Program-made: the position numbers and the translations under genes
In this document: positions 25,516 through 37,335 of the stretch, in pieces
Layout of the letters: the number at the start of each line of letters is the position of its first letter
Position numbering within the stretch: position 1 is the first letter of the stretch
NCBI GenBank assembly: GCA_002269645.1
Contig: NIVC01000573.1
Coordinates: 310,001 to 374,000, forward strand
Source: Macrostomum lignano
Lineage: Eukaryota
DNA length: 64,000 nucleotides
Reading direction: 5' to 3'
Notes under the pieces: model-generated
Told to the model about the DNA's origin: nothing
What the model saw: only the letters and a program-made list of their open reading frames with translations
Databases searched by the model: none

Positions 25516-25767
25516 GATGGATTACAGCACAAACAAATTCGAATCAAATTTTAAGCTACAAAATTTGCGTGATAGAAGATTACGTTTATTGGAGCAGTAA
25601 ATTACAGTTTAAATAGTAAATTTGTCAGTTTTGGTGAGCCTTGTGACAGTTTTTTCAGCTCAAAATTACTCGCAACAGAAGCATTCAGATCACTAAGTAT
25701 TGCACCTTTATCTACTCTGAATAATTACTGAATGTACTGCACATAAGAAGTGCAAGCGATCCACGCG

Positions 25768-27255
25768 TCAGTCCCGCCCGGCAAATGAGCTCAGCTGAGG
25801 TCCATCCTGCCCTTCGGCCTCCTCAGCCTCGTGATCCGACAGCAGCCCGGAGGCCAGAGGCCACGAGATCTTCTCCCAGTAGGCGATTTCGATCAGCAGC
25901 AGGCAGATGACGCAGCCGTAGGCGTAGTGCGACTTCGGCTTCACTCTGTCGTTAAGGTCCAAATGCAGCACGTTGCAGGCCTGCAGAGACAGCAGAATGG
26001 CGCCGTTGAGGAAGACAGCGAGTCCCCAGACCGTGTAGAAAATGCCCACCATGGTCGCTTTGGCGCCGGCGTCAGCAATGCGGTAGATCATCTCGTAGAT
26101 GGCCATTGTGGTGAGTACGTTGGTGACTCCGTCGCAAAAGGCGGACACGAAGTAGACGGTCCAAACTGTTACGGAGCTCCAGCTCTCCATGCTGATCACC
26201 TGATGGAAGTCGAGCAGACTCAACAGCATCAGCGGGACTTTTGAGGCGGTCATCAGGCAGAGACCGGCTCGAATGCGAGTCATTAAGCTCGCCCAGCCAG
26301 GTGCTCCGAGCTTGTAGATTGCAGCTGCTCCCAGCAGGCTCAAGGAAATCGTAGCTGTCTGATAGCCACCAAGCGGGATAAAGTAGGCCAGGACGTCCTT
26401 GTCGCCGTAAGCGTGAGTGAACAGCCGGATCTGGTACCAGTAAAGAGTGATTCGGCACATCACTATGGAGGCCAGATGGGGAATCGTGCCCGCTGCGATC
26501 AGATAAAATTTTATCAGCCGCTTTCTTCTAGGCATTACAAAGTTCTCGACATTTTCGTGTCTCAGCACGGCGTCTTTGTTTTGCAACGTCAGCACCGTCA
26601 GGCAAAGAAAGCTGCAGACGGCGAAGACGACGCACAAGTACTCGTAGCTTCTCTCCGTGAAGTACTTCAGCATGGATGGCACGTTGCCAATCGTCTCGCC
26701 GGTGGCCGCGGCGAAAAAGTACAGGCAGAGCAGCAGCTGCCTGGTGCGGCTGCTCGTGGCGATTTGCATCGGCGCGTAGAGCGTCAGGGAGTCGCTGAAG
26801 CCCAGGAACAGCAGAACGGGAACCCAGGCCAGCAGGTACATCGGCATCCGGCAAATCAGGCCAGCCGAGTCGAAGGCCGTCAGCATGGCGCTGCCGCACA
26901 GCTGCAGTCCGACGCCGATCCACAGCGTCTTGAGGCACCCGAGGAAAGCATCGGACAGCAGGCCGCCCAGAGTTGGTAAACAAAGCGCTGCAATTGCCAT
27001 GGCGATTACAACAATATTGAGCATGCTAGTCGGCGTCTGCTTTTCGTAGACGCAAATCCCGGCGTTGGCAGCTGTCTGATTGAACGCTTTTACGTCAAAC
27101 GTGGCCATTTGATTTTCGTACATGTTGCCGCAGAGTTTCATCACGAGCAGCAAGGCCACGGATACCTTGCTGGAGCCGCTCATCCGCGACCTTCTGCCCG
27201 GAGTCAGGAGTTCTGTGGACTCACCCAGACTGCCGCTGGATTCAGTGGATGGCAT
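25768..27255 (-). CDS. Intronless MFS transporter, divergent POT/PTR2 (SLC15-like), copy A, 495 aa
   Basis: Single 495-aa ORF with about 11-12 hydrophobic segments. GGLLSDAFLGCLKTLWIG resembles the POT family G..LAD..LGRY.TI motif; EMIYRIADAGAKATMVG resembles E..Y..AP..MKS. Confidence 0.8.
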   Translation of the reverse strand: MPSTESSGSLGESTELLTPGRRSRMSGSSKVSVALLLVMKLCGNMYENQMATFDVKAFNQTAANAGICVYEKQTPTSMLNIVVIAMAIAALCLPTLGGLLSDAFLGCLKTLWIGVGLQLCGSAMLTAFDSAGLICRMPMYLLAWVPVLLFLGFSDSLTLYAPMQIATSSRTRQLLLCLYFFAAATGETIGNVPSMLKYFTERSYEYLCVVFAVCSFLCLTVLTLQNKDAVLRHENVENFVMPRRKRLIKFYLIAAGTIPHLASIVMCRITLYWYQIRLFTHAYGDKDVLAYFIPLGGYQTATISLSLLGAAAIYKLGAPGWASLMTRIRAGLCLMTASKVPLMLLSLLDFHQVISMESWSSVTVWTVYFVSAFCDGVTNVLTTMAIYEMIYRIADAGAKATMVGIFYTVWGLAVFLNGAILLSLQACNVLHLDLNDRVKPKSHYAYGCVICLLLIEIAYWEKISWPLASGLLSDHEAEEAEGQDGPQLSSFAGRD

Positions 27256-28734
27256 TTCTGCTGATGCTTGATAGCTAGGAGTTTCTGATTACAGCTGTGT
27301 TTGTTTCACTGGTGTGAATCAGTAGGGCCTGTAGTGCAGTTTTAAATTCACTTTTCTTTATCTATTCTTTTGGCATCCTTGCGTGTACATGTATGTCGCT
27401 CATGAAAATACACTTGTTTGGCTTATATACAAGCGCTTGAAGCAAAGCAGAAAAGTTTAGTTTCTAAACTGTCTTGTATTAATTTCTCGTTGCAAAATAA
27501 AGCCATGTAGACGTGTAGATGAAGTCAGTGATACAGTATACTTGAAATATGCTATCTAAGGGACATATTTGGTTTAGACAACAACACATTGCCGATACCA
27601 TCAGCCCGGAATTTCGACTTGTTCGTAAGCGCTGCTAACTTGAAAAATGTTTATGCATTTTACATACACACTGCTGTATGCAAATATTCGAATTTTTCAG
27701 CGTGAGAAACCCGCGGCCTACTATTATCGCTATTCGTTTAGATCGACATATAGTTCGACGCAAAAAGCATTCTAGCTTTCTAGCGTATGTTAAAACAAAA
27801 TTTAAAGTATGCATACATGTGTATGTACAGGTAAAATATCCCAGTGGGAATTTTTTTAGAGGCGACGGGAGGCGCCGGGCGCTTAAGAGTCCAAGTAGTG
27901 CGCCCTGAAGCCGTGATAGCTTTTATACTTCAAAGGATCCTGGTTGCTTTTTTCAATGAGTGCACTTCGTTAAAAACTTTTTCGGACTTTTAATAGCTAA
28001 TTGAAATGTGGTGATTTCGGGTGCACGGCGTACGTGCACTCGTTTTGCTATTTTTTTCGTCCCTTCGCACTCATGTTTAATTCACCTATTGCTTGCTGAT
28101 TGACTCATTTCGTCCCTACACTCGTCTGCGCCTAAGCCCCCCTCTCCCTCGTGCGCCCTCTTGCGTCAGTTTTCTACCCCTCCCCGCGTGCTGATTGGCT
28201 CTGCTGTGGCGTTCTGGCCAGGCATTGGGTTGCACTCCGCTCTCTCTCTTTCTCTTTCTGACTATCTGTCGGCTTAGGGTCGCTACTCTCTACTACTCGT
28301 ACTTTCATATTCACTGTATAAGGGTCGCGCGCCCTGTCGCCTCGCCGCTTACAATTTTACAATTTTAGCTGTTTTAGGCCGAGTGCTAAAATACCACTGC
28401 CCCTAGATAACAACTGAAATAAACAAGAGTAGACAGTCACAGTAGACATAGACTTACGGCTATAAAAGTGAATCGTTGATTAGAGCGACAGCAGCGAGGC
28501 GTCTTAAATTCGGCAGCGGTCGCGTAAGTGTACGAGTCTTTGTGTGCGTTCTTTGGGGTCCAGATTAGGCGTCTGTTACCAGGTCTTGTGCGTTCGCCGC
28601 GACCCTGGTACTGGCCTTCAATCTGTGCGTGCAGCGCGACTGGGGGTTGGTAAACAGTGGGACTGAAGTGCTAGCCCTCCCTGCTCGTACTGAGCGTGAG
28701 TTAAGGCCTGCTGGTCCGTCTCGGGACACAACAT

Positions 28735-28746
28735 TGGTGCCGTGAC
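28735..28746 (+). promoter_or_regulatory. Primer-binding site complementary to the tRNA-His 3' end
   Basis: TGGTGCCGTGAC one base after the LTR-terminal CA; it is the reverse complement of ...GUCACGGCA-CCA, the 3' end of eukaryotic tRNA-His(GUG). Confidence 0.8.
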
Positions 28747-30353
28747 AAAGATAGTGTTGTCTTTGTGTTTTTTATGAGATTGTGTTAGAATTTGTTCAGA
28801 TTAGCTAGTGCTGCTAGGGCTCTGTTGGGAGGAGGGATTCTTTTTTTGTTGCGAAAGTGTTAGTGTCATTTTACGTCGTTTTTCTGTCGGTGTCGAGCAT
28901 ACGATTGCGCTGTCGTGATGGGAGACAAAGGTGTGAATAGACTCGTGGAGTTAATATCGGCGTCAGTTCGTCCGGCGTTGCAGCAGGACATCAATGTGGC
29001 ACAGAATGTACAGCGGCCAGCGAAGCCCCCGAAGTACTGCATTGGAGCTACTTTTAGGCTATGGTTTTCAGAGGTTCAATGCCTATTCTGAAGCATCGCA
29101 GATTTATAGTGGAATATGATCGCCGGCCCCAATTCTCCTCAGCTTATTGGATCTAATTACGGCTTTTGCGGCAGCTGAGAATATTCTGCTGGAGGAGGAT
29201 GCCACGTAATGATGACTTCACCGATGCACTCACTCCTGGAGAGGTTGCAGCATCGCACGGCCGAGGACTTTGGAGTCGCGAGTCCAAAAAGAGGGCGAGT
29301 CGTATGAGACTTATTCAGATATGCTGTTAGAGTTAGCAAGGAACGCGTACCGAGATGAAGACATGTCGATCGGAATCATCAACTTTTTTGCAAGGGATCG
29401 CTTTAAAAAGGGCATCCGAGCATCGGAACATGTCAAAGAGTACGTTATGCTGCAGCAACCCACCACCTTTACGGATGCTGTTCGCTGCGTGCGGCGGAAG
29501 GAAGCCGCGAAACTGGCATCCAGGTCTTCAGGGCCCGAGAGCAGCGCCAAGAAGACCGTCACCGGGATTGCTGCTATGGACACGAGACCATCCGGGCAGG
29601 AGAGCCTGGGCGCACTTCAATGCCGAATCGATGAGTTCGAAGAGCAGCTCAAGCGGTTGACCCCGGCATGGAGTATGCCTCCGGCTGCTGCACCATAGAC
29701 CGCTGTCTGCGCATTCGCGCGGCCCAGGGCCTGGCATGCCGAGCGATGAAGGCGCCTGCGCGTATGTCGCGACTCCAAATCGCTCCGCAGCGCAGCCGCC
29801 AAGGCAGTCTGGTCCATGTTTTAGGTGCGGAAAACGGGGCCATCGAATTCGCGAGTGTCACGAAACCCCCGGTGCAAGGCCACAGCACGAATGCCTACGG
29901 TGCGAGACGCTGCTGCAACTGTATTCAGATAGGCCACATCGCAAGGAATTGCCTGTCGGGAAACTTCAGCGGCGGTCCTGGGAAGGGGACCCAGGGCCTC
30001 TGATCCAAGCAGCCAAACCTCCCCTAATTGGTGAGCTGGCCGAGTAGGAAGTCGAGCGTCCGAGTCTGACAATGCAACCGACGAGCGTATACGTTTCGTG
30101 TCTGATTGGAGGACGAGTATAGTTTCTGCGTGTGTAGATTCGGGTGCAGCTGTGACAGTAATTAGTGAAGCATTGCTCCATCAAGTGACCAGTAGTATGT
30201 CTGACTCTACAGCCATATCGAAACACCACGAATCAACCATCAACGCCGCCAACGGTAGCCCAATAAATTGATCACCGCAATCTGCAAGCTCCCCAGCATC
30301 CTTAGTAAAATTGAAGCAAGTATCCCCTAGTGTCGCCGTAAGTCTCCTACGAG

Positions 30354-30708
30354 TTTTTTTATTAGAGGCAGGGGGTTGTGTGCACCCTGGCGCACTTTAA
30401 GCGACATAGGCACACACCGCCGAGAGGCATTACTGCCCATTCCGCCGACTCCCCTGAGCAGGCACACAAGCGCGCGGATGCGTACGCAGGCACACACTCA
30501 CACAGGAGTGTACAGCGAGCGGCCCTAACTTTATATTATCGTTAGGCATGTACACTTCACTGCGCCTTGGGGGGTTGGCTCTCAAGGCCGTTAATTGCAC
30601 GAGCAGAGCCAAGCCGAGATTCCAATTCAGCCCCAAATTAATGTGACTGCACTTGGAATCGAGCCTCGGTCGCTGGCACACCATAGCAGCTGGGCTACGG
30701 CCCCCCTC
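30354..30708 (-). mobile_element. tRNA-derived SINE (~355 bp) inserted in the gypsy-2 protease
   Basis: TSD GTCTCCTACGAG(TT) at 30342-30353 and 30709-30720; poly-T (poly-A tail on minus) at 30354-30360. Minus-strand head GGGGGCCG-TAGCCCAGCTG (A-box-like, 30697-30687) and GGCTCGATTCC (B-box-like, 30665-30655). Confidence 0.85.
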
Positions 30709-33517
30709 GTCTCCTACGAGTTACTTATGGGAGCCGATTTTCTCCTGCAGCAGGGGTGTCAAGTAGATTTTCAAGAAAATGTTCTGCATATCCTGGGTGT
30801 CAGTCCTTCTGCGTTTTCATCGGCGGTCAGCTACAGTGCGTAGGGTCCTGGCATCGGAGCGAATCGTTGTTCCGCCGGGGTTCGAGAAGCTGGCAGCAGG
30901 GCGTTTCCGGGTAAAGGGCGGAAGAGGTCAGCTAATAAGAAGTCCAGGAGTGCTCGAGGAAAGTCCGAAGGAGAAGCGAGCGGGTACGGTGGTGCTAGCT
31001 AGGTCACTGGTGATGCCGTCGGAAAGCGTCAGAGTTCTGATTCGGTTGGCAAACTTCTCAGACTAGCCAGTCACCAGCAACCAAGGTGATACTGTAGGGT
31101 GGTACCACCCCTTAGATCCACTGCAGCCAGTGACGCTTGCAATGATGGAGGAGAAGCCAAAGGACGAGAGTGAGCTCTCAGACGATCTACTGAAGAGCCT
31201 GAGAAGTTGGAGAAACTGCGGATTGTCGACCGAACAGGTGACTCGGTTCAAAGAGCTGATGCAGTGGAACTGCGATGTTTTCGCGACGGATCTGGCAGTA
31301 ACCACGGTGACGAATGAGTGAACAATGGAAAGAAACATGGACTACAAGATCAATCATGCACCAAGGTGCCACCGCACCTCCGAGCCGAAGTCGACGAACA
31401 ATTGGATTAAGCTACCAACGCAAGGGAAGATCGAGGAAGCTATGTCTCCATGGAGCTCGCCGATTGTGTGCGTCAGAAAGAAGGACAATTCGTTACGGTT
31501 GTGCATGAATTGTCGCCGATTCAACAAAGTGACTGTTAAAGATGCTCTTTCGTTGCCGAGATTTGCGGTCAGGTTACCATCAGGTGCCAGTGGCGCTGGA
31601 GGACCGCGACAAGACAGCCTTTGTACGAGCGTAGTTCCCTTTGTAGTGGCTAGTTCCGATGGTTGGTGATGCCGTTCGGGTGACTAATGGGCCTGCTACG
31701 TTCAGCCGCATTATGCAGACGGTACTGCATCCGCTATCGTGGAAGACTTGTCTAGTGTATTTAGATGATTTCCTAGTATATTAGAAAACCGTGGAAGAGC
31801 ACATTGAAAGGTTGACGAGATATTTCGACGGCTTAGCTGGAGGCTAAGTTGAAGCCGAACCCAAAAATGTGAGCTGCTCAGTGCGGAATTGAGTTTTTTG
31901 GGCCATATACATGTAGTATCGGCGGCCGGCGTGGCAACCGATCCTAGTAAAATCCGAGCGATTCATGAGTGGCAGACACCAAGTACCGTTAAGGATGTTC
32001 AAGCGTTTCTCGGAACTGTTGGTTATTGCCGACGATTCATTTCGGATTTTTCGCGCAAATCAGAGCAGTTATCGGAGCTGACAAGGTCTGTGTCGCGCTT
32101 TCAGTGGGGCCCTGCTCAAGACAAGGCGTTTCGGCAGATGAAGGAAGCGTTGACAAGCGACCAAGTTATGGCATATCCAAACTTTGCTCCAGATGCTCCG
32201 TCGTTCGTACTAGATACGGATGGCAGTTCGTCAGTGGGAATTGGAGGAGAAGGTCATCGCCTACGGGTCTCGTACGTTGTCAACGGCTGAGCGGAATTAC
32301 TGCACTACACGAGTGGAACTTCTCGCTGTAGTGACCTTCATTGTGTGTAGCGACTAGAAATTACATGCAGAAAATACATATCTGCATGCAGAAGTTGGTT
32401 TACTATGCCAGAAAAATTCTTGTCAAGCAACATATAATTGCAACATGGGTATGGGCTCCTTACAATTTTTATGCGTCACCTCCAAAGAGGCAGGAAGCGC
32501 TACCCCCGTTGTCATACCAACGGAAAAATTCTGGCTGCATATTGCTGAGCTGGCTCAGCTGGGAAAATTCCCAAACACAAAATTAGAAACAGTTTTTGGG
32601 TGCGCTTTAGATTGATAGAATGACTTAAATTGTATTTATTGCATAGAGGACTTTCATTCCGATTGCGCACTAGTACATGTACTAATAATACATACTAAAA
32701 ACAATTGGTTGTGTGTTGCAATCTAGTGGTAAGATACAGACTAAAACAAAAAGTAGAATGCATTATGCAAAACCCAAACCGCTAGTTTGAAACCGCTAAG
32801 TTTAGATAGTTTAGCTTTTGCTCAAAGACAGCTTTTTCCCTATAAAAAGATGTTTGCATGGCTTTACTTTGTGAAGCTTTATCGTTTCTATAACCTTTTA
32901 ACGTAGCCTTAGATCGATATCTTTTTTCATTTATTGATTAAATATTGGATACATGGAATGAACTTAGCATGGAAGGCTTAGAATTATGAATATTTGCACA
33001 GAACGCAGAAAACAAAAACTACTCAATCTGTACAGTGTAGGGCTGAACTCTATGCAATAATTTTATTGTCAGCTGTAACTAGATCAATACTCGAAGTATT
33101 TAGCTAATAAGCATGCAATACTTTTTAAATTAATGTCAAAAATGTAGCATAATAATTCAGATGTAAGGCAGAATCAGTAAATCTACGTAGTCCTTTCAAA
33201 TAAAGTTTTGTATAAATTTTACAGAAAAAAGCTATAAAGAACAAACAGACTTTTGTTATACAAGCTGTCAATGCCCGCGCGGATTTTGAACCCGCTGAAT
33301 TCCAATACCCGGTTAACTATTTTTGCAAGCATCCTTATATTTGAAGTAATCTCAAACAAAAACTTGTGAATAGTTAGGATAGAGGTTTGAAAAATTGAGT
33401 AAGTTTGTGTTAAATTAAGATTTACGAGCTAAGGCAAGCATTGATCTCGTCAACTGGGGTGGCACACAGATTAAGTCTTTTTAAACATGTCTAAAGCAAG
33501 TGTTGACAAACTTTGGC

Positions 33518-33548
33518 TTCTCTATCTCTCTCTACCCCTCTACCTCTC

Positions 33549-33637
<89 letters not shown>

Positions 33638-34345
33638 CTCGGATTCTTTGAAACTTCACTCCTCTCTTCTCTTTCCTCTTTCCTTTCTTTTTAATCTCAT
33701 CTATCATCTCGTCTTCTCTCTCTTCTCTTCTCTCTTCTCTCTTCTCTCTTCTCCCCTCTCTTTTCTCTCTTCTCTCTCCTCTTGTCTCTGTAATCTCTTC
33801 TCTCTCCCCTCTGTTCTCTCTATCTCCTTTCTCTCCTCTCTCTGCTCTCTCATCTTTCCTCTCCTCTCTCCTCCCATCTCTTGTCTGTTCACTCTCGTCT
33901 CTGCTCTCTCATCTCCCCTCTCTCTTCTGTCATCTTTACTCTCTCATCTTTTCTCTCACCTCTCCCCTCTGTACTCTTCTCTTTCCCCTCTTCTGACTCC
34001 TCTCCTCTCTCCTCTCTCTTCCCCCCTGTCTCATCATCTCTCCTCTCTCTCCTCTGCTCGCTCATCGCCACTCTCTTGTCACTATTACTCTCTCCTCTTC
34101 CCTCTCTGCTCTTTCATCTTTTCTCTCTTCTCTCTTCTTTCTATCTCTTATCTCTCCCCTTTTCTATCCCCTTTTACCCCCTCTTCTCTCCTCTTTACTC
34201 TCTTTCTCCCTCCTCTCTCCACTTCTCTCCCTTCTCCTCTCACTTCTCCCTCCCCTTTTCTCCGCCTTCTCTCTCCTCACCCCCTCGTCTCTCCTCTTTC
34301 TTATCTTCTATCTTTTCTCTTATCCCCCTCTCGCCTCTCCTTTCT
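33518..34345 (+). repeat. (CT)n microsatellite grading into an ~830-bp polypyrimidine low-complexity tract
   Basis: Pure (CT)n at about 33551-33632, then C/T-dominated degenerate sequence. Confidence 0.95.
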
Positions 34346-37169
34346 TTCTGTTATGACTTCTTCTCTAGCGGAAGACAGTGAGTCAAGATCAACAAGGTCA
34401 ACTTAAAAGTTGCACTCTTAGCATATCGTCTTATTTCATGTTATCTAAACTTTTCTTTTATTAGTTCCAAGCTTGAAGCATTGCTTCTTTAGCTTATGGC
34501 TGGGTGTGTGTGCGACTGAGTCGTCTATGGCCACACCCAACACTTTCCTAATTGTCTGGGAGGAAATTCCCTGGGAGGAATTTGTGTATCTCCAGATCCA
34601 CTGCAGTCTGCAGCAGTCTACCAACCAAGGAAACACGCATTTCTTTGGAGGAAGTACCTTTATAAGTAAAACTTAGTGTTGAAATTTCCATGGTGTAACT
34701 AATTTAGTTGGATTGTATTGTAATGATCGCTTTTTCATAAACTTCACTTTTAGTTTTATTAACCATGCTGCATTGCCTTGATTTGCCATTCACTGTTAAA
34801 CTGCCACAGCGTTGCCTATACAGAGGACAGGGGTTGGAATTTCTCACGAAACTGTCATGGCTAAACGTAGCCTCTCCACGGGGGTGCAGGGGCCTGTGCT
34901 ATAAAATACTCTTAACTCCTAAATCTGATGGGTTTCGACCTTCCGGCCCCCTTGTGGGGAAGCCTTCGGGCCTCAGGTCTCAGAAATAAATCAATTAGAG
35001 TCCTGGCCCCCCACTCCTGTCAGATGGTCAGCCCCATGGTAGCTTGATCGTGTGGCGAGCAGTCTAGGTCCTATAGCTAAGAGAGGGACAGCGAGAGACA
35101 AGCAGGGAGAATTTTTAAGGTAGAAATTAGTTAACCAGCAGGTTAGCTAACTCGCTGCCACCAGCCCGTACGTCCTGGCTCACCACACCGGGACCCTCGA
35201 AATCGGGCTTCCGACTAGAAGGGGCTTTGTACTTACCTGCCAACTAGTGTCTTTTTGCTGTAAATCTCGAAGTCATAGCCGATAATAAGGGACACTGCTG
35301 GGACTTGATCGCATTGGCCATGCAGGTACAGAGGGGACTTGTGCAGGGGATTCTTGCAGTGGCGAGACTATGGGGTAGCTACATGTACTATTACATTGCT
35401 AAATACGAAGATGTGTACTTTTGGCCTTCAACGCGCCAACTGGCCTGTCATCGCGCTGATGATAGACTAACTCGAACTTCAGAGACCGCATGATTCATCA
35501 CCCGAGTCGCTTGGCGAACCTAGAGTGCACAAAGTACATCTCTGGCGCCGATTCTGCACTATTGGCAATTTTGCACACTGATTTGATAGATTGATCGACT
35601 GAGAACCGCCTTGCCATTGGTCCACTGTGACCGGCGCCTACTAGCTTAGCTACTCATCTGAGCCATCGGCGAACAAAGAAATAAAACCGATAAAAATAAC
35701 TGTCAGATTTAAACTTCTCACTGATTCACTTCACACCTCAGATTGAATTGGAGTTTCAGACTACTAGCAGTATTATTAAGTGATTTCTGCCTCAGCAACA
35801 GCACTACTGAACAAAATGAGCAAAAGTGTGCCATCTAGTGATTCTCACTAGCTACTGAAGTTCCAGCTACTGAAACAGGGGACAGACAGGGAATCACCCA
35901 ATCAAGCAAGTCTAGGTAGCCTCTCACCCAACCAATCAGAAACTCAACAGCCGGAGACCAGGTAATCCACAGCGACCGAATCGGCTTAGTGCTTCGCAGC
36001 TGAAGGCCCGGGATGATGCTGATGTCACAATCTTCGCTGATAGCTAGCAGGTGATGCTCTTCACTTTGATGTTCACTGCTGATGACCGGGGGGATTCGTC
36101 CTTGATGATGATAGGGGGAAGTCGCAATCCGGGGATCAAGAAACGACGGTCAATTCCTGGCCGGTGCAGCCGTGTCAGCCCGACGCTAGAAAAGTTGCAG
36201 TCCGAGCGGGCCAAAAACACCGGTTTAAATAGCCGCCAACTGACCGCAGTTTGTTATAATGGAACACGTCGATTCTGATTGGCTGAGCCGATTTGTTAAA
36301 ATGAGCGCCGAATTTTCTGATTGGCTAAGCTTGTTGCTACCCAGAATCACGTGAGCGGGAGATCATATCAGCTCCCTCGGGGTCGTAAAAACATGACAGG
36401 TGCGGCCATAAATCAATCAAAATCGCTACAAAATGATTTATGACTTTCCGCGTAGGAATGACAAAAATTAATGAAAAAATATACATTAGAAAGCTCTTAT
36501 CAAGTAGAAGGTGAAGATAATGAAGAGAAATCGCTAATCGCTAATCCCAAAGTACTTTTAGGGGTAAAACGCATAGCTGTCAAAGCTGTCACACGCTTGA
36601 GTGAACACGAACAATAGGCTCTGACCTCATAAATCTGATGGCCTGTCAAAAATGATGAGAAAAAAGCTATCATTCGCATCCCCTCAGACCATCTGGCGCC
36701 CGCCTCAACACTGAGTGAGGCGCAGGTGGCTGTAAGAGCAGCTTCGAAAGCGATGATTTATGCCCAAAAAGCTGCGCCTATGTTATTATGACTACTAGTA
36801 TGACCAAACATTATATCTAGTATAGATTCTATGACAATTCGCAGAAAAAGGATAAGAATGCCGATTGCCCACTGTTAGTAGGCTAGTAAAAGTTTAGAGC
36901 CCATGTGCTAGCGCGGGATTTGGAAAAAAGTGCGTCCTCATTAAATCCTTTAGATAGAGTGTCCTAAATCTTAAATCCGAGCTTCTAGATGGCTTTTCTG
37001 TGCTATACTCGTAGAATCAAAAGTAAATTTTAAGAGGCTCCTAGGCTCCTAAGGACGTAGGAAACTCCTTGGTGAATTTAGGAGATCTCATTAAGGTTTG
37101 TCGCATGCTATAGAATAAGGAGCGGGGAATAGGAGTAGGAGCTAGGGAGTTGCCGTTTAAGAGTGATTT

Positions 37170-37335
37170 TTAGGAGTGCAGCGTGTTATTAGGAGTGTCT
37201 GCGAATGTCTGCTCGATTCGAACTCTCGCTCGGCTGAGTTCGCGATTGAATATTCTCTGCCGGCCATCTGGGTTTTGATATGGAGTGAGTAGAAAATCGT
37301 AGAGTCGGTATCCAGAATCTCCGATAGGGGGTTCC
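37170..37335 (-). mobile_element. PIF/Harbinger (DDE_Tnp_4, HARBI1-like) transposase fragment
   Basis: IGDSGYRLYDFLLTPYQNPDGRQRIFNRELSRARVRIEQTF matches the GDSGY...LLTPY...FN..LS..R..IE..F signature. Confidence 0.88.

Larger units (their letters stand above)
28315..32342 (+). mobile_element. Second Ty3/gypsy LTR retrotransposon, heavily decayed and 3'-truncated
   Basis: Putative 5' LTR ~28315-28733 (ends CACAACA) followed by PBS TGGTGCCGTGAC; gag with knuckles CFRCGKRGHRIREC and CCNCIQIGHIARNC; protease VDSGA (~30135); RT SPWSSPIVCVRKKD and CLVYLDD (~31760); FLGH..V..TDPSK..FLGTVGYCRRFI; RNase H LDTD, ERNYCTT..ELLAVV; then an abrupt end. Confidence 0.92.
18984..33235. repeat. Segmental duplication, copy A (interrupted by two gypsy elements)
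   Basis: Blocks 18984-21549, ~25537-27840 and ~32455-33235 align colinearly with 42900-45465, ~45659-48000 and ~48577-49400. Confidence 0.93.

Noticed and set aside
33513-34406. 297-aa Leu/Ser-rich ORF resembling a membrane protein
   Set aside because: A pyrimidine-only tract cannot encode stop codons; low-complexity artefact.
34380-35400. Possible minus-strand exons (donor CAG|GTAAGT near 35235, acceptor near 34658)
   Set aside because: No joined reading frame gave a recognisable protein or a start; unsupported without RNA data.
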